64,000 nucleotides of DNA from Nemertoderma westbladi (GCA_032718475.1 JAUCBJ010001188.1:1-64000); one strand, 5' to 3'; counted from the first letter of the stretch, positions 41,568 through 55,915 are shown. A program made the numbers and translations. The notes: generated from the sequence alone by a model not told the origin.

Positions 41568-44560
41568 TGTTTGGCTCCCGATAAATAGGTATATTGTTTT
41601 TTTTTACGGGTTTTTCAACCTTTGTTTGATAGTGACCCCAGGGAAGTGAATGATTTTTATTAACCCAATAAAGTTTATCATCAAATGCGCTGAGAGCAAA
41701 CTTATCTCGTGCTACAGTGTACACTTTGTGTAATTGACTCTGAAATTGATGCATTTCCTTGGAAATTTCTTTGTTATCCTTATATGCTCTTAAATAATCT
41801 TCGTGGCAAATTTTTTTATCCACGACAGGTCTTGTTATTCCTTTCGCCCGTCGTATATTTTTGTTATTCCATTCCAAAATTGAATATAATTTTGGTCTTA
41901 AAAATACTGCTTGTTTAATCTCTCTCGAGCACAACTCGTCTTTACAGTAATAGAGTCTGGATTTATTTTTATTGCTGTAGAGAGGGTGATCCTTGGGGTA
42001 ATTGGATGTATCTAAAATATTATTTTTAATTAAGGCTTTTATGAAATTACTCTGCGATGTATTATAATAACAACCTATTAATGAGTCTGTATCTGATGCT
42101 ACAATTTCAATTCGGCAGTTTAATTCTTTCTCAATAGGTAGTAATTTATTATAGTACAGCTCATACATATCCAATTTAGCCAAATCCAAGACAGTACTAC
42201 CTACATAGACTGGTTTATCTAGTGTCACGCTGTCTTTCACTAATAAGTGCCCCGATAAGGAATTGTTATAAATCATGAAATTTTCGTCATTTATACGTTT
42301 CACCAATTGATCGCATTTCTCATTGCTATTAGCGATACGGAAATTACAGCGATCTTGTATCTTCTCTATCGTTTTACCAAATAACGAGTTATTCAGCAAT
42401 TTCGCGACAGCTGTTTCAATATAAGTTTTTGCTAGTCGTCTTTGATTAATATTAAAATCTATATAGGGTTTAAATACAAAGTCTTGATGGAAAGAATACA
42501 ATTTATGGAGCTTAGTAACAATTAAACCTTGTTTTATATAAAATTTTAACAGTTTTAAATTTACATGATAGAATTCTTTATCGAATTGTGTCAACATAAG
42601 TTTTGGTGCACACATCTTATACTTGCTATTAGTACCTCTTTGTTTACATACATGATTATATTGTTCCCTCATATATGGTGAAAGCATTGTCTCATTTATA
42701 CTTAAATGTTCTGGGGCTAAGGGTAGTTCTAATGTACGATCATGAATATCTTTGGGATATTTCAAATCGCAAATTAAGAAAAACCCAATATCCCAATATC
42801 CCAATACCCAATATTCAGTATCAAGATTTGTTAAATAGTTTATTAGTTCTTCTGGAGCGGCATTCTCTAAATATGTAACGTTGACTTGTTCAAAACCTGA
42901 AACAGGTAGCTTTTTACTTAAATTACCCGAATACAAGGAATTAAAATCTATATTGAAAATATGACACTCTTCCTTGCTTGGATCATAATTATCAGTATCT
43001 GGTATATTTGATTCTATGTAATGCTTTCGACAGAATGAAACCCCTCCTCTAATAGATGCTTCAAAATCTCTATATGTTTGGTAATCTTTTATTAATGCTA
43101 ACTTACATTTATTGTATTTCAGGGCGCAATCATAAGTGAAAGCTGCGATACTGCAATAATAAACTACTTCTAATTCGTAGTTTTGTCTACATACTCTCCT
43201 AAAGTTCTCAAATATATCAGCGAGGAGACAAACATCGAGTTTTAAGTATGCTAAAAGATAATCCTTGAGATTTGAACAGTCAAACTGACTCCATGATGCG
43301 TTGGCAAAACTATATCCCTCGGGTGTACAGGTATTTTGTATTAATTTACTATAAAATTTGTCTATTGATGGTAATTTCGAATCATTGAATTTATTTAAAT
43401 CTGTCAGATACTCGTAGGGAAATATACCTTTTCGTTTAATTGTTGCATTATTTAAATTCGGATAAAAATATTTCATTTGCTGTTCAGTAATTGGTAGAAC
43501 TGATGTTATATCCTTGCTGTCTATATCCTTTGTTGAACAATCAACTAAAGTACTTAGGGAAAAGGATAAAAATTGATATGTGTCTAAGACACGTAGCTCA
43601 ATTTTTGTTTTTTGATTTTTCACCGGTATATGCATACTCAGTGAAATATACCTTTCAGAATTTTTAGGGATTACCTTTATATCCCAATCGGAATATCTGT
43701 TATTACAAAAGCCAACTTGTAAAAGAAAATGCAAATCGTAGTGATTGCAGTTGTGTGCAGCGAGTATATACATGTGTCGTTTCAATGATAAAGAGCGGTT
43801 ACATGCGTTACAAGCGGCTGCTATATAGTTACCAGTAATATGTGAGTGATGTTTGTTTTTCTCAGATTTATCCTTAAATAAAACATTGCAATAAAAGCAA
43901 GTTTTAGCTTTCCAAAAACTTAACTTATCTACATCATTAAGTATCATCTTTTCTCTCGTGTTAGTTTCTGACCACTTATATAATTGGGTGATGTCATTAT
44001 ATACAGAGTCTAAAAAGTCTTGAATACAGTTGTTGTCGATTGTTTTTGTAAAGGTTTTCAAATAAAATTTTGGTAGATTGATTAATTCGCTACTAGGGAC
44101 AATTAAATAACTTACAGCGCATGGAATATGATTCTGAATAAATTTACTGTTGCTGGCTGGCTCCAAAATAGATTCTATGTCAAAATATATTACAAACAAT
44201 GCTGGTAATGTTCTGTCTAAATTTCTAAAGCTAATGTGAGTTCTTTTTTCAGACGGTAGCTTCTCAACTTGACTTTTTCCTTGATAAAAAGTAAGACGGT
44301 GACGTTCTAGAACATCCTTGCTGTAGAAATGTGACAAACACCATTCACAATATTTCCTACATCCAATATGCTTACCTCTTGTATTCATCATGCGATTCAA
44401 GTTAGTTATGCAAACATAATGTGATTGTTTACTCGTATTCTTATTTTTTACAAGTAATATATTCAATAACTCTTTATCTGGAGTGATTTTACTAAATGGT
44501 GCCTGTCTTAATATAGATACTCGATTGTTCTCGTAGAGTAATAAATTAATTATATCAGTA
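41548..44560 (-). CDS. Protein-primed family B DNA polymerase (pPolB) with HNH/EndoVII-like insert; natural N-terminus missing
   Basis: ExoI YFDIES, HNCNHYD, KGIFPYEY, DVCLLADIFENFR, DFNSLY, KLLNNSLFGK, SDTDS, RPKLY, AKG; insert CFYC..HHSHITG..CNACN. Confidence 0.96.
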
Positions 44561-45395
44561 CTGGGCTGAGAGTTGGGGAATCGAAAACAAAGAATAGAGA
44601 TGAGGAACAGCGATAAAGTTTTTAATTTCATAATATTATAAGTCAAATGCAAACGTTTCGGAAGTAAACAACTACCATCTTCAGTGCAATCAAAAATAAG
44701 CCAAATTAAAGTAAACAGAAATTTGAAAAAAAACGGCCAAAGAAACAAATATAAAATGCAGTAGTGCTATAGTGCAGAAATAGGGCCTACCTAAGAAGGG
44801 CCCTTCTGGATATGGATATTTCAATTGTTTATCCATCTCTTTATTATCCTAAAAACAATTTAAAATTAATATGAATATTGTTATATATATATATATAATC
44901 AAAAAAAATTCATAAGCTACTCAACACAAATAAAATATAATATCTAAACTTTAATTAATTTAATATTTTCAGAATGAGCTCGATTGTATCAGTTGAGCTC
45001 TTTACATATATTTCAAGTTTCTACTTATACCAACCAATCATAAATAACAGTTACATTGGAAACTAATATCATAAATAAAGTTGCTTTTACAACTGAATTC
45101 TTTATAATAAAATCAAGTCTAAACCAAGATGTGCATAATGTGTTTTTAATTTTCATTGATAAAGTAGGTTTTACATGCTAATGTTTATTATAATATCAGG
45201 TGTAAACTCATGCATTTACATGCGAATGTTTTATACCTAATCCCATGCTCACATTAAATATAAACTATCACCAATATTTACTCAATAAAGTCACCTTTAC
45301 ATGCAAATACTTTATAATAATCATGCTTTGTGTTAAAAAGTTACCTTTACTAGTTAGTGTGAAACTGAAAAAAAAAGTCTCTAGTTAATAATAAA

Positions 45396-45974
45396 TCAAT
45401 CTGATACTGCTTTTATATGTTCCTTATTGTAATCTGCTACCTCTTCACTTGCTTTTGTAACTTTTCTTTTCTTTGTAGGTATAGAATCATTGTTGGGAAT
45501 GGAAGATGTTTGAGACGTAGATCTGCGCTTTCTATCACTCGATGTCTCTTCGATGTATGTCTTTGGATTAAATGTGGATGAAACTGCTTCTGGAAATGAC
45601 TTATTAACCTTAAACTTCCAAGGTGGTTGATATAGAATCGCGAAACCGTCTGCTATATCAGTTGATGAAACCTTTTCCATCATATCGTTGAGAAACTCTA
45701 TATGTGGTATGTCTTTATCATAATGTAACTGTAAATATTTGCTTTCCTTGTCTGTAATAATTACTTTTTTTTCTTGTACATTTATTTTTACTTTAAGTCG
45801 GTCAGATAAAGCTTTATCGCTCGTATCTAGCTCTGAAAAGACACCTTCGTTACTAATTTCATAATTCCATTCATACCACAATGAATTTACTTCCGATGCT
45901 GTTAAGTTAAACCCATTATAATACCTAAGACCAATAGCATCAGAATATCTAGCTGAAATCTCCCATAGTCCCAT
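45396..45974 (-). CDS. Polinton hypothetical protein (weakly penton-like N-terminus, NLS-like tail)
   Basis: AYMGLWEIS resembles the penton xGLxEI motif; RKRR and KKRK clusters. Confidence 0.4.
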   Translation of the reverse strand: MGLWEISARYSDAIGLRYYNGFNLTASEVNSLWYEWNYEISNEGVFSELDTSDKALSDRLKVKINVQEKKVIITDKESKYLQLHYDKDIPHIEFLNDMMEKVSSTDIADGFAILYQPPWKFKVNKSFPEAVSSTFNPKTYIEETSSDRKRRSTSQTSSIPNNDSIPTKKRKVTKASEEVADYNKEHIKAVSD

Positions 45975-46831
45975 ATAAGCCGTTCCTTTATATTTGCTTA
46001 CAAAAGTTGGTTAAATTAACAACAGAACACTGATTTATTATTTCGAGTGGTGGTGATAACAATTCTAATATTTCTGTCTTACTCTGAAGCAATAAATTAA
46101 TGAGTGATTTGTTTAGAATTTGACATTTGCCGTGCTTCTGAATATATACGTTTTCAGTAATAACACAGGTGGAAATATTTAACTTTCCTCTTGTAAATTC
46201 TATATTAGGATAAATATTACCTCTTGAAACTGATGATTCCTTTTGTCGGTTGATTAATATTTCTAAGATGTCTAGAAGGTAGAGTGTATCCCAGTAAGAG
46301 AAGCATGTTGTTACATTGCTATCACTTGAGTGTAATATAAAGTACTTGCCATAAACAATACTACAGGTATATTTATTACATGTAAATTTCCAAGTATTGT
46401 TTGAACTTTTTTTTAAATAAATCCATAATTAGAATGAAAACTATTTTGAAAAATAAAAACTAAATAAATGATTATTAGATTGTAAAACTTCGGTTTATAT
46501 GCTTGCTTTATTACAACAGAGTGACTTACAGTGAATAATATAGTAGTTTCGTGTAACAGATGCAACGTGTACAGCTAAAATTATTACATTAGCGTGAGTT
46601 AGAGAGTGAAATAGCAGTAACGAGTAACAGATGCAACATGAACAATGCTAGTCCTATCATTCTAACTTATATTCAACTTAGTTGACCGACCAGTCACATA
46701 TATACAACGATAAAAGAAATCGATTATTATTAATAGTCGAATTAATGTATTCTATGCTATAGTAATTATGTTAAGGAACTAGAAGCTATTTATAAACATC
46801 TGCTACCAGTGTTGAAGATGAAGAATTCAAT

Positions 46832-47567
46832 GGCTATGGTATAACTCGGATATTTATCGCCTTTTTCTCTTGAGGTTGGATGGAAGAGTGATTGGTGAGT
46901 TGTGAGGAGTTATAACAGTCCCGAGTTCGAACCCAGTTGAATATTTTGTTATCTGAAAAATTGCAAAATTAAATTTAGTTACTGGTGAAAATTACTAGAA
47001 GTTACCTGTAGACACCTCTAGCATCTGTAAAATAAAGGTTGGTGAATATGAAAATACTGGTTGCTGAAAAATAGCGATTTGAAAAATAGTAGAAGTTACC
47101 TGTAGACACCTCTAGCATCTGTAAAATAAAGGTTGGTGAATATGAAAATACTGGTTGGTGAAAAATAGCGAAAATGAAAAATAGTAGACGTTACCTGTAG
47201 ACACTCGTAGCGCCTGTAAAATAAAGGTTGGTGAATATGAAAATACTGGTTGCTGAAAAATAGCGATTTGAAAAATAGTAGACGTTACCTGATGCTAAGT
47301 GTAGACACCCGAACACCTGTAAAATAAAGGTTGGTGATTGGATGCAGTACTAGCGTTGGGTGACTAATAACGCCTCTAGCGGAATAAGCGGGAACTTGAG
47401 AAGTTACCATGGTTACGAATGAAATGCTGGCATCTGATTGGTTGAAATAATAACGACCACTGGTAAAGGTTGAAATGGTGGCTTCTGATTGGATGCAGTA
47501 CTAGAAATGGACAGTAATACTGGGCTATGGGTGACCTTGGCCGGATGTCATAGCTTCTTATACTACT
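46832..47567 (-). repeat. Polinton right TIR (one extra subrepeat)
   Basis: Inverted copy of 15301-15925 ending ACTACT. Confidence 0.95.
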
Positions 47568-47856
47568 AATATACGGGATATGCGGTAATCATGGTGGATT
47601 AGTAATTAATATCATCCAGCTGATTGTTCCTCCCCCATCATGAACTCAACATCAACTTTCATGAGGGTGTGCTAGTTTCTATTGAATCCCCCTGAAAAAA
47701 AGATTCCCTAGATTGGGGATTCATTCTAACCTACTGTACTGTAGGTTGAAATGATGTCCTTATAAGGTTGGGTACTAGTTTGTAATGAATCCCATAAAAA
47801 ATGACTCCCAAATCATTTAAACCTACTGTAGGTTTAAATGAATCCCCATTAATTTC

Positions 47857-48245
47857 AACCTAGGTTTAAATGAATGGGATTCAATACAACCTAGGTTTAA
47901 ATGAATGGGATTCAATATAACCTAGGTTTAAATGAATGGGATTCAATACAACCTAGGTTTAAATTAATGGGATTCAATATAACCTAGGTTTAAAAGACGT
48001 ATCTTGGTTTAAATGAATGGGATTCAATATAACCTAGGTTTAAATGAATGGGATTCAATACAACCTAGGTTTAAATGAATGGGATTCAATATAACCTAGA
48101 TTTAAATGAATGGGATTCAATACAACCTAGGTTTAAATGAATGGGATTCAATAATATAACCTAGGTTTAAGAGACGTATCTTGGTTTAAATGAATGGGAT
48201 TCAATATAACCTAGGTTTAAATGAATGGGATTCAATATAACCTAG
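47857..48245. repeat. 31-bp satellite, left part
   Basis: Unit AACCTAGGTTTAAATGAATGGGATTCAATA(T/C), with occasional AAGACGTATCTTGG variants. Confidence 0.95.
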
Positions 48246-48553
48246 TAATAATAATAATAATAATTTATTTTTATTCGCAAAAACTCCGCAACAAGTTAAA
48301 AAACCGCACAGAGGCAGCCTAACAGAATAAGATCCCATTATAGCTGATTATTACGCGAATAAAGCGTCACAACCTACGATTTTAATTTGTACTATAAAAT
48401 TAACATACAGTAGCTTTAGTACTCAACTAATCTATAATAATGTACTGTACAATATGTACACAGTACCTTAAGCACAAACTTCGATCAAACTCGTTAGCCA
48501 GCTGTCTCCGGCATATATTTGTTTAAATTTATAGTCATATTAGTGTGTTTAAT

Positions 48554-51500
48554 TTATGTTATGTCGTCACGTGAGTACATTTTGTAAAATTCCTTCTTTA
48601 GTTTATTTATAAATTTGCTATATGACTTTGTTTCGCGAATATTTAAATTTAGAGAATTCCACAGTCTTGTACAACTAACCATCACGCTGTTGTATCCAAA
48701 TTTTGTTTTTGTTTTTGGTACTTTGATACGGAATGTTCTTTTATTTATGTTTTTATTTTGCATTTTAAAATTTTTAAGGAAAGCAATACTTAGATTTTTA
48801 AATGGTGTTGATAAATCGAAAAAATATTTAAAGAAGTATTTTAGTACGTAGAAATTTCTAAGTGCTTGAAAGTGGGGTAATTTTGCCTTAGTGCGTAATT
48901 CTGTCCCAGTGGCATCTCTGATTTTTTTGCAGTAGACAGTGCGTAGCCCGTAGTTTTGAATTTTATCTAGCCCGTAAAGTAATTCTTTGTACCCGTGTAT
49001 CATATGTAGTGGTGTAATAATTTCACAGCAGTAATTATGTAGTGGTAGGACAGTAGCCTTATACACTGTTAGTTTCGTGTTAGTAGGTAATTGACCTTTA
49101 ATAAGTCTTAAACATGATACTGCATGGGTCATTTTCTCAGCAATCAATTTTATTTGTGGCTTCCAAGTAATTTTATTATCAATTATTATTCCTAGGTATT
49201 TAAATTGCGAGCTCTGTTTAACGGTTGCTTTTCTTATGTGCAGGTTAATTTTTTCTATCTCATTTGTTCTAGAATGTGGAGTTATTAAAATAAATTCAGT
49301 TTTTTCGGGATTTAGTTGCATTTTTAAACTTGAAAAGGTACTATCTATTTTTAATATACGATTTGATAGAGTTTGGGTAGCAGCGATCGGATCCGGTCCT
49401 GATGCAAAGATGAGAGTGTCGTCAGCGTATTGAATGATGTTAAGGTCTTCAGATTCAGCAATTTCGTTGACGTATATGAGGAACATAAGAGGTCCCAAAA
49501 GTGTTCCTTGCGGAATTCCCCGTTCAGTCTGTTCCCAACTGGAGAAGTTACCGTTGAGCTTAACCCTTTGTTTTCGTTGGCAAAGGTAGTCTTTCATTAG
49601 GGAGACAGCAGTCGAATGGAGACCAATTTCTTTTAATTTTAGAAGAAGAATATGATGATTCAACGAATCGAAAGCCTTACTTAGATCTAGTGAAGCTACA
49701 GCCACGTGATTTCCTTCGTCAAGTTTTGATCGCCAATTCTCAGTTGCGTATATAATCACATCCTTAGTAGAAAAAGATTTCCGAAAACCAAACTGTTTGC
49801 TAGGGAGTAGTTTATTTTTAGTTATGTATGTGATTAATTGTATATAGATGACACGCTCATATGTTTTTGCAAATGAGGAAGTTACAGAAATAGGTCTATA
49901 ATTTTCAGGTATTTCTTTGTCTCATTTTTTGTACACCGGGTTACTTCTGCTAATTTAAGTCTATCAGGGAATTGAGATTTAGTTATAGATTGGTTAATTA
50001 AATGAGTCATGATAAATATTATTTTAGGGGAAATTAATTTTATTATTTTCGGGGGCACCTTTGAAGGACCAGGCGATTTATTCTCATTAAGTTTTGAGAT
50101 TATATCGGAAACAGTAATCGCATCAATGTTTTTGAAACTGAAATTGTTAATTAAATCTTGATGTTTTTTACTTGGTTCATACGGAATGTCCTGTAATCCC
50201 AGAAAATTTCCTAGATTTAGATACGTTTTGTTAAACAATGATGCCATTGCTATTGGTTTGTTTATTATCCTTTTTAATTTTTTTTTTCATCCCGTAAGGA
50301 GTGAATTTTGCACGATGGACTCTCTTTATTGAGAATGTTATTTATAATTTTCCACTTTTTACGGGATGAGCTTTCAGAAATGAATTTAGATTTTATAAAC
50401 TTGTTCTTAGCAGCCCTATGGTTATGGCGTTGTTTCATTAGTTTTCTTTTAATCGGGGCATGTTTTTCAATAATTTTTCTAACACATCTTCAAATAAATT
50501 AAAAGCTAAGTTTATATCATTATGCTGATAAACGTTAGTCCAATCTATTTTATTTATATCTGACAAAAACATTTTTCTGAGAAACTATTGTAGTCCCTAT
50601 AAGATACCCAGTTGCCAGTGTTGGGCGCGTTCATTTTGTTTAGTTTAGAATTTATATTAAATGTTATGAATTCATGATCTGAGAAGTAACATGGAAATGT
50701 GTTGCTCTCCGTTCTATCTAATGAAAACGAAGTAATAAAAAGGTCCAACAGGGTGTCAATTGTTTTGCCATAACGTGTAGGATTCTTTTCATCAGCTATA
50801 GAGAGTCCATATTGGCCCAAGATTGTTTTAAAATATTCGACTTTTTTATCGGTGGAATTTAACATATTTATATTAAAATCTCCCATTATCGCAATTTTCT
50901 TACTCGTAGAATTAATAGCACTTTCTAGTTCATCATTAAATTGATTTATGAAGAGTGATGAATTTTTTGGTGGGCTGTATACTAGCCCAACAATAAATTC
51001 ATTACTAACTTCTATCCAAATTGAATCATATTTATTTGTAGTTTTGGTTAATTTAATATCTGCTCGTACTTGATGATTAACACTGTCGGGTATATAGATA
51101 AGTACACCTCCCCCATTTTTATTACGTCTATCAGCTCGATATAAATTGTAGCCAGCCAACTTGACACTTCTATTTGGTACGTTTTTTTTAAGCCATGACT
51201 TAGTCACACCTATAATTAGATTGTCATCTATACTGGTTAATATGTCTTTTAATTCCGAGTAGTTTTTGACGATACTTCTGGCATTTAAAAGTAAAAATTT
51301 GGTTTGGTTTTTATTTTCTAGCAAGTAGTATCTCACATTATTTAGATGTTGTCTATTTTTTCCAAACTTAATTGTATATTTATTATTACTTTTAGGATCA
51401 ATGTAGTTTATGTTTGGCGTCGGGCCAGGGTTCTTGTGAACATCTCCAGCACGGTTTATTATAGTTATGATGGTGTGCGAAATAATAATAATATCTGTAA

Positions 51501-52383
51501 TATAAAATATATATCGCATGAAAATAATAATATAACATTTTATGAAAACAAATGTATTTCTTTTCATAATTTGTCTTACTGAATTGCGTTCTTTGTTTGT
51601 AATTTTGTGTCCTAGTTTCGAGTGATGTCTTTTTTGTATTCCTATTATATTCGTTTGCCAAGCTGAGTAAATTAATATTAAAATTATTAGCCGTTGTGGC
51701 GAATATATATTGTAATGATGTGAACGTAGTATTACAATATATGTCACTATAGTAGTTATGAATAAGAGTGTGAAATGTACAAATGGACTTCCCGCAAACA
51801 AATGGCAGTTAATATTTATTTTTATATTAAGGGAGATGTGTATCAAGTTACCAATTAATGCATATAAAAATATAAATCTGTAATTATTTTTGTTACCTGA
51901 TACAACACAGCTTATATGACATTTTTTATTAAAATAATTATATATTTCAGAAAAATATTTTGGGTAAAATGCTTCATAATTTGCCGCATATTGAATTATG
52001 TATCCTATTTTATAAATGGTGCTAATGACAGTTGCCAGGTACTGGTGGCTAACGAGGAAGATCAAAATAACTATAAAATAATCAATAACACAGTATTTAT
52101 CATTATCAATAAGAGATTGTACTTGTACATGGGATCTGTATGAGTATAATGTGGGGAATCGAAATTGTGTACCGGTACCGGTAATGCTGCTTGTGCGGTT
52201 ATTACATACATTTAAAGAAATTATATCGCAATAATTGGACCGGTAGATACATGTACCGGTATATATTTGAATATTATTTTTGCAGTAAAATAATAAAATT
52301 ACCATAAAAGGAAAAATAAAATTTATCATTGGATGATAAACGAACATTATAAAATGGTCATTTCGTTTGATATTATTAATCAA
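48554..52383 (-). pseudogene. LINE ORF2 (hydrophobic leader, 2A-like motif, APE endonuclease, RT), frameshifted
   Basis: LLNARSI, GGGVLIY, MGDFNIN, SDH (APE); KSPGP, LDLSKAFD, GIPQGTLLGP, QYADD, KYLGI (RT). Confidence 0.92.
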
Positions 52384-52452
52384 TTAGTTTGCCTCTAGCT
52401 GAAAATAAAAGATGATGAACATTATATAAAGAATATATAAATGAATATATAT

Positions 52453-53951
52453 TTAGACACTGATATTACCGTGGGCTGTGATTGCCCTTATTAGGGCTAT
52501 TGCCGAATCAACTAACGGGTTACCGGCGTTGCTGTTCAGCCCTCTGTCCGAACTAACTGTGTTGGATTGATTTGCCGCACAAAAGTCAAAATAATAGGGC
52601 TGATCGAATTGTCGATGCGGTGTAGCGATGAATGGTTGATGGATATTCCGGTACATTGCCATGGGTTGTTGCAAGTTGGTCGATTTACGAGGGTACTCAT
52701 GGTGGAATTGCTGCGTATCTGCAGGTGTAGGATGATATTTCCACGCAGATGCCGGGGGCAATTGCCTGTTATGTTGCAAGCGATAATTTCCTCCCCCTCT
52801 ATTCATCAGAGGTGGTTGGGGGTAGGAAGTTTGTTTAAATTGATGCGGGTTCGAGCAGCGATATTCGGACGGAACGGAACTATTCGTCTGCTGCTTGTGT
52901 GCGTGAGGTCCATGTATTTGCAGCTTTATATTTCTCGCAAGTATTCCAATATATTTTGCGGCGATATGTTTGGTGTCAAATAAGTGTGATCTTTTAATAT
53001 TCGACTGCTCAACCAATCTAACACCGACCTTTTGACATAGCTTCCGGATTTCTCCGTTGATTGCGTCTACATTGACATCCGAACGAGTGATGATCTCAGA
53101 AACGTGGATATCGCAAAGAGGCCACTTTTTGCGAATAGTCTCGATACTTTCGTGTGTATTATTTATTATTAAAGAGGTATTATGATTTTCGGGATTGAAG
53201 TCATTAGTCCCCGTTTGGATATACACATGGTTGATTTTATTTGAAAATTTATTTATAGAGGACGTAGTATTCCGTAGGAGGTCGCCCGTTGTGGCACAGG
53301 GAACCATGCGGGCTGCCCGGTCAATTTTGCGCGGATATATATACTTCCGGTTACTATCCATGAATAGCAGGGTAGTAACTCTGTTATCTTTGTCTTCCGT
53401 TGGTGTAACCCTGATAAATTCGGTGGTATCGGTATCAATATCAATGACTGTCGGTGTTTCTGCGGTAGTACCGGAATTCGATTGAGTATGAGAACCGTTA
53501 CCCGTAATTATTTGGTTTGAATCTGGCTGTTCCAACTCCTGTATAATTTCTGAATCAGATTGCCCAGCATCTCGATATCCCGATGCATGGTCGCATTGAC
53601 CAGGAGTTAGCTGGGTTTTGTTATCGGTATAGGTCGTGGCAGTAGAACAGAGGCTAGATTCGACTATGCGCTCGAGATTATGAATGCGCATCATGTCGCC
53701 TCGCCGTATCTCTTTTACCTGGGCAAGTTCGAGTTCAACCGTAGCCAGACGATCAAGTAATCGGCTATATAATACCAGACATTGAGCCCCATCATGTACA
53801 CCAGGTGTATGAGGGCTACCGTTACATGACGGTGTCACGTTGTCGGTACCGGTAGGAATATCGCTAGAACTATCATTACGATTGTACGTTGTATTTAAAT
53901 CAGTACCAGTACCGGTAGCGACGTCTGGGGTATATGGAGACTCACTGAGTG
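52453..53951 (-). CDS. LINE ORF1 with coiled coil and SGNH-esterase-like domain (5'-truncated)
   Basis: LLFMDSN, YIQTGTND, SEIITRSD, DTKH; leucine-zipper-like LLDRLATVELEL. Confidence 0.8.
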
Positions 53952-54275
53952 ACCTAGGTTTAAATGAATGGGATTCAATACAACCTAGGTTTAAATGAAT
54001 GGGATTCAATATAACCTAGGTTTAAATGAATGGGATTCAATACAACCTAGGTTTAAATGAATGGGATTCAATATAACCTAGGTTTAAAAGACGTATCTTG
54101 GTTTAAATGAATGGGATTCAATATAACCTAGGTTTAAATGAATGGGATTCAATATAACCTAGGTTTAAATGAATGGGATTCAATACAACCTAGGTTTAAA
54201 TGAATGGGATTCAATATAACCTAGGTTTAAATGAATGGGATTCAATATAACCTAGGTTTAAATGAATGGGATTCA
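53952..54275. repeat. 31-bp satellite, right part
   Basis: Same unit as 47857-48245. Confidence 0.95.
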
Positions 54276-55915
54276 GGTGTACTGGTCAAACCAAATGGCA
54301 TATGTTTAAAATGAAGTAAACCAATATGAGAATACTGTTCTCCTAAGACCATGTTTTTTTTAAAGATTCAGACTGCTCGAATATAATGTATCTCCACTAA
54401 TCATAGGATTATCTAAATATCCAGTTATCATCGTCAACTCCATGGAGGTTTTATTACTATATCGTTACACCATACAGTTGCAATAGTCTGGGGTGTAGGT
54501 TAGTTTTCATTGTTCCTGCATTACTACTGTCACTTTCCGATTGGTGTTATGCGAGAATATAAAAAAGGTTACAGCAATGTAGAAGTTATAAATAAAAATT
54601 ATTAACCGCTTGAACCCCTGTAGTAATGAGAAACAATGAAAACTAGGTTTTTAAAGGTTTTCAAACCAGATTGATCTACTGTGTACTGTCTATACTAACT
54701 ATTTACGGTAGGCCTACGTCCTAATATCAATTTCATTTATCAGCTGTATTTTACATATATATTAAGCGTATGTATTCTTACTTAGTTATTATATTTCATT
54801 TAATTTCTAGAATATAGCATGATGAAGACCCAAGTCGAAAATTTACAAAACAAACCTTTTTTAGCACTATATTGGCTTTATTAAATTACTATTTCAATTT
54901 ATATTAAAATAATATAGTAATAATAATATATATATACACCATGACGTAATATATGATGTCATTTTCTGTGGACACTAACTCCCCCCCAAATTTTTCTACA
55001 AATCTTTATCATATTGCTTGAAATTTGAAACACAACTAGTTCAACTCACCGTGGTTGTTACCATGAAGCCGGAATTTTCGATTTCGCCTTTAAATGTTTC
55101 CTATAAGAGTTTTAAAAAAGTGTCTTTTGTGAAATTGCACCCTCCGTATCATTGCCGTTCTTCACATTAGTCGTAATTTTTTCATATCAATTTAAAGATT
55201 GCGCTGCAAGGATTCCAAATATGTAATAATATCTGAATTTCGTTGAGAAACAGCTGAGAAATAGGCGTTCAAAGACTGCAAGAATTATTGTTCGCTGCAA
55301 GCCATTTATTCAATTTAATAAATACGCAATATTCTGGAACAATTTGTTTATGTATGATTAGCTACGCAATATAGATAGATATTGTATACCATTTCTGTTT
55401 CTATTGTTGCCTACCAACTCATAGATTAAATAACACGTTCTAGAATTTTTTGTATTTATTAAATAGAATAAATGGCTGTCATTTTACCAACTTGTCTCAA
55501 GACGTTCCAAGAGTTCCACTGGTCAAGAACCTCCAAGAGGTGAAAATTTCCTCAAAGAGAGACCAATAACTCTCAAGAGTGACCAACATAGTTTTACCTT
55601 CAATTCAAATCAGGAATGTCGAACTTTTTAGAAGGATGATATTCCTTCTTCTTGATTGGGCATTGTGATTAAATTAATACACACCATCATTTTTTTACCA
55701 CACATTACTGCTACAGTATATCAATATCGAAACCTCACTCATTAAATAGTTGATATTGTTTAAATTAATTGAAGCTGAAGGGGGATGCAGGAAGGTGGGA
55801 ATTCAAGTAGTCTAAGTCACGCGGTTAATATTAAGAAATATTAGTATAGGAAAAACTCGGAACAAACGGATCAAACCAAGAGTTTATTTCAGATCAATGT
55901 TTTAAGAAATTAAAG

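Larger units (their letters stand above)
15301..47567. mobile_element. Polinton/Maverick (adintovirus-like) element, ~17.6 kb after removing the nested BEL-2
   Basis: AGTAGT...ACTACT termini, long TIRs, TSD AATATG (15295-15300) / AATATA (47568-47573), and pPolB, integrase, ATPase, protease and capsid genes. Confidence 0.97.
48246..53951 (-). mobile_element. CR1/L2-group LINE, 5'-truncated, inserted in the satellite
   Basis: (TTA)n 3' tail at 48246, TSD ACCTAG (48240-48245 and 53952-53957), esterase-type ORF1 and APE-RT ORF2. Confidence 0.9.

Noticed and set aside
44560-44748. Hydrophobic signal-like N-terminus on pPolB
   Set aside because: TTG start in T-rich sequence unrelated to pPolB; probably chance read-through into foreign DNA
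53952-54009. True start of LINE ORF1 (MNPIHLNLG...)
   Set aside because: This sequence is translated satellite outside the TSD
47857-54275. CRISPR-like array (31-bp repeats with a palindrome)
   Set aside because: The repeats are head-to-tail without unique spacers, there are no cas genes, and the context is eukaryotic
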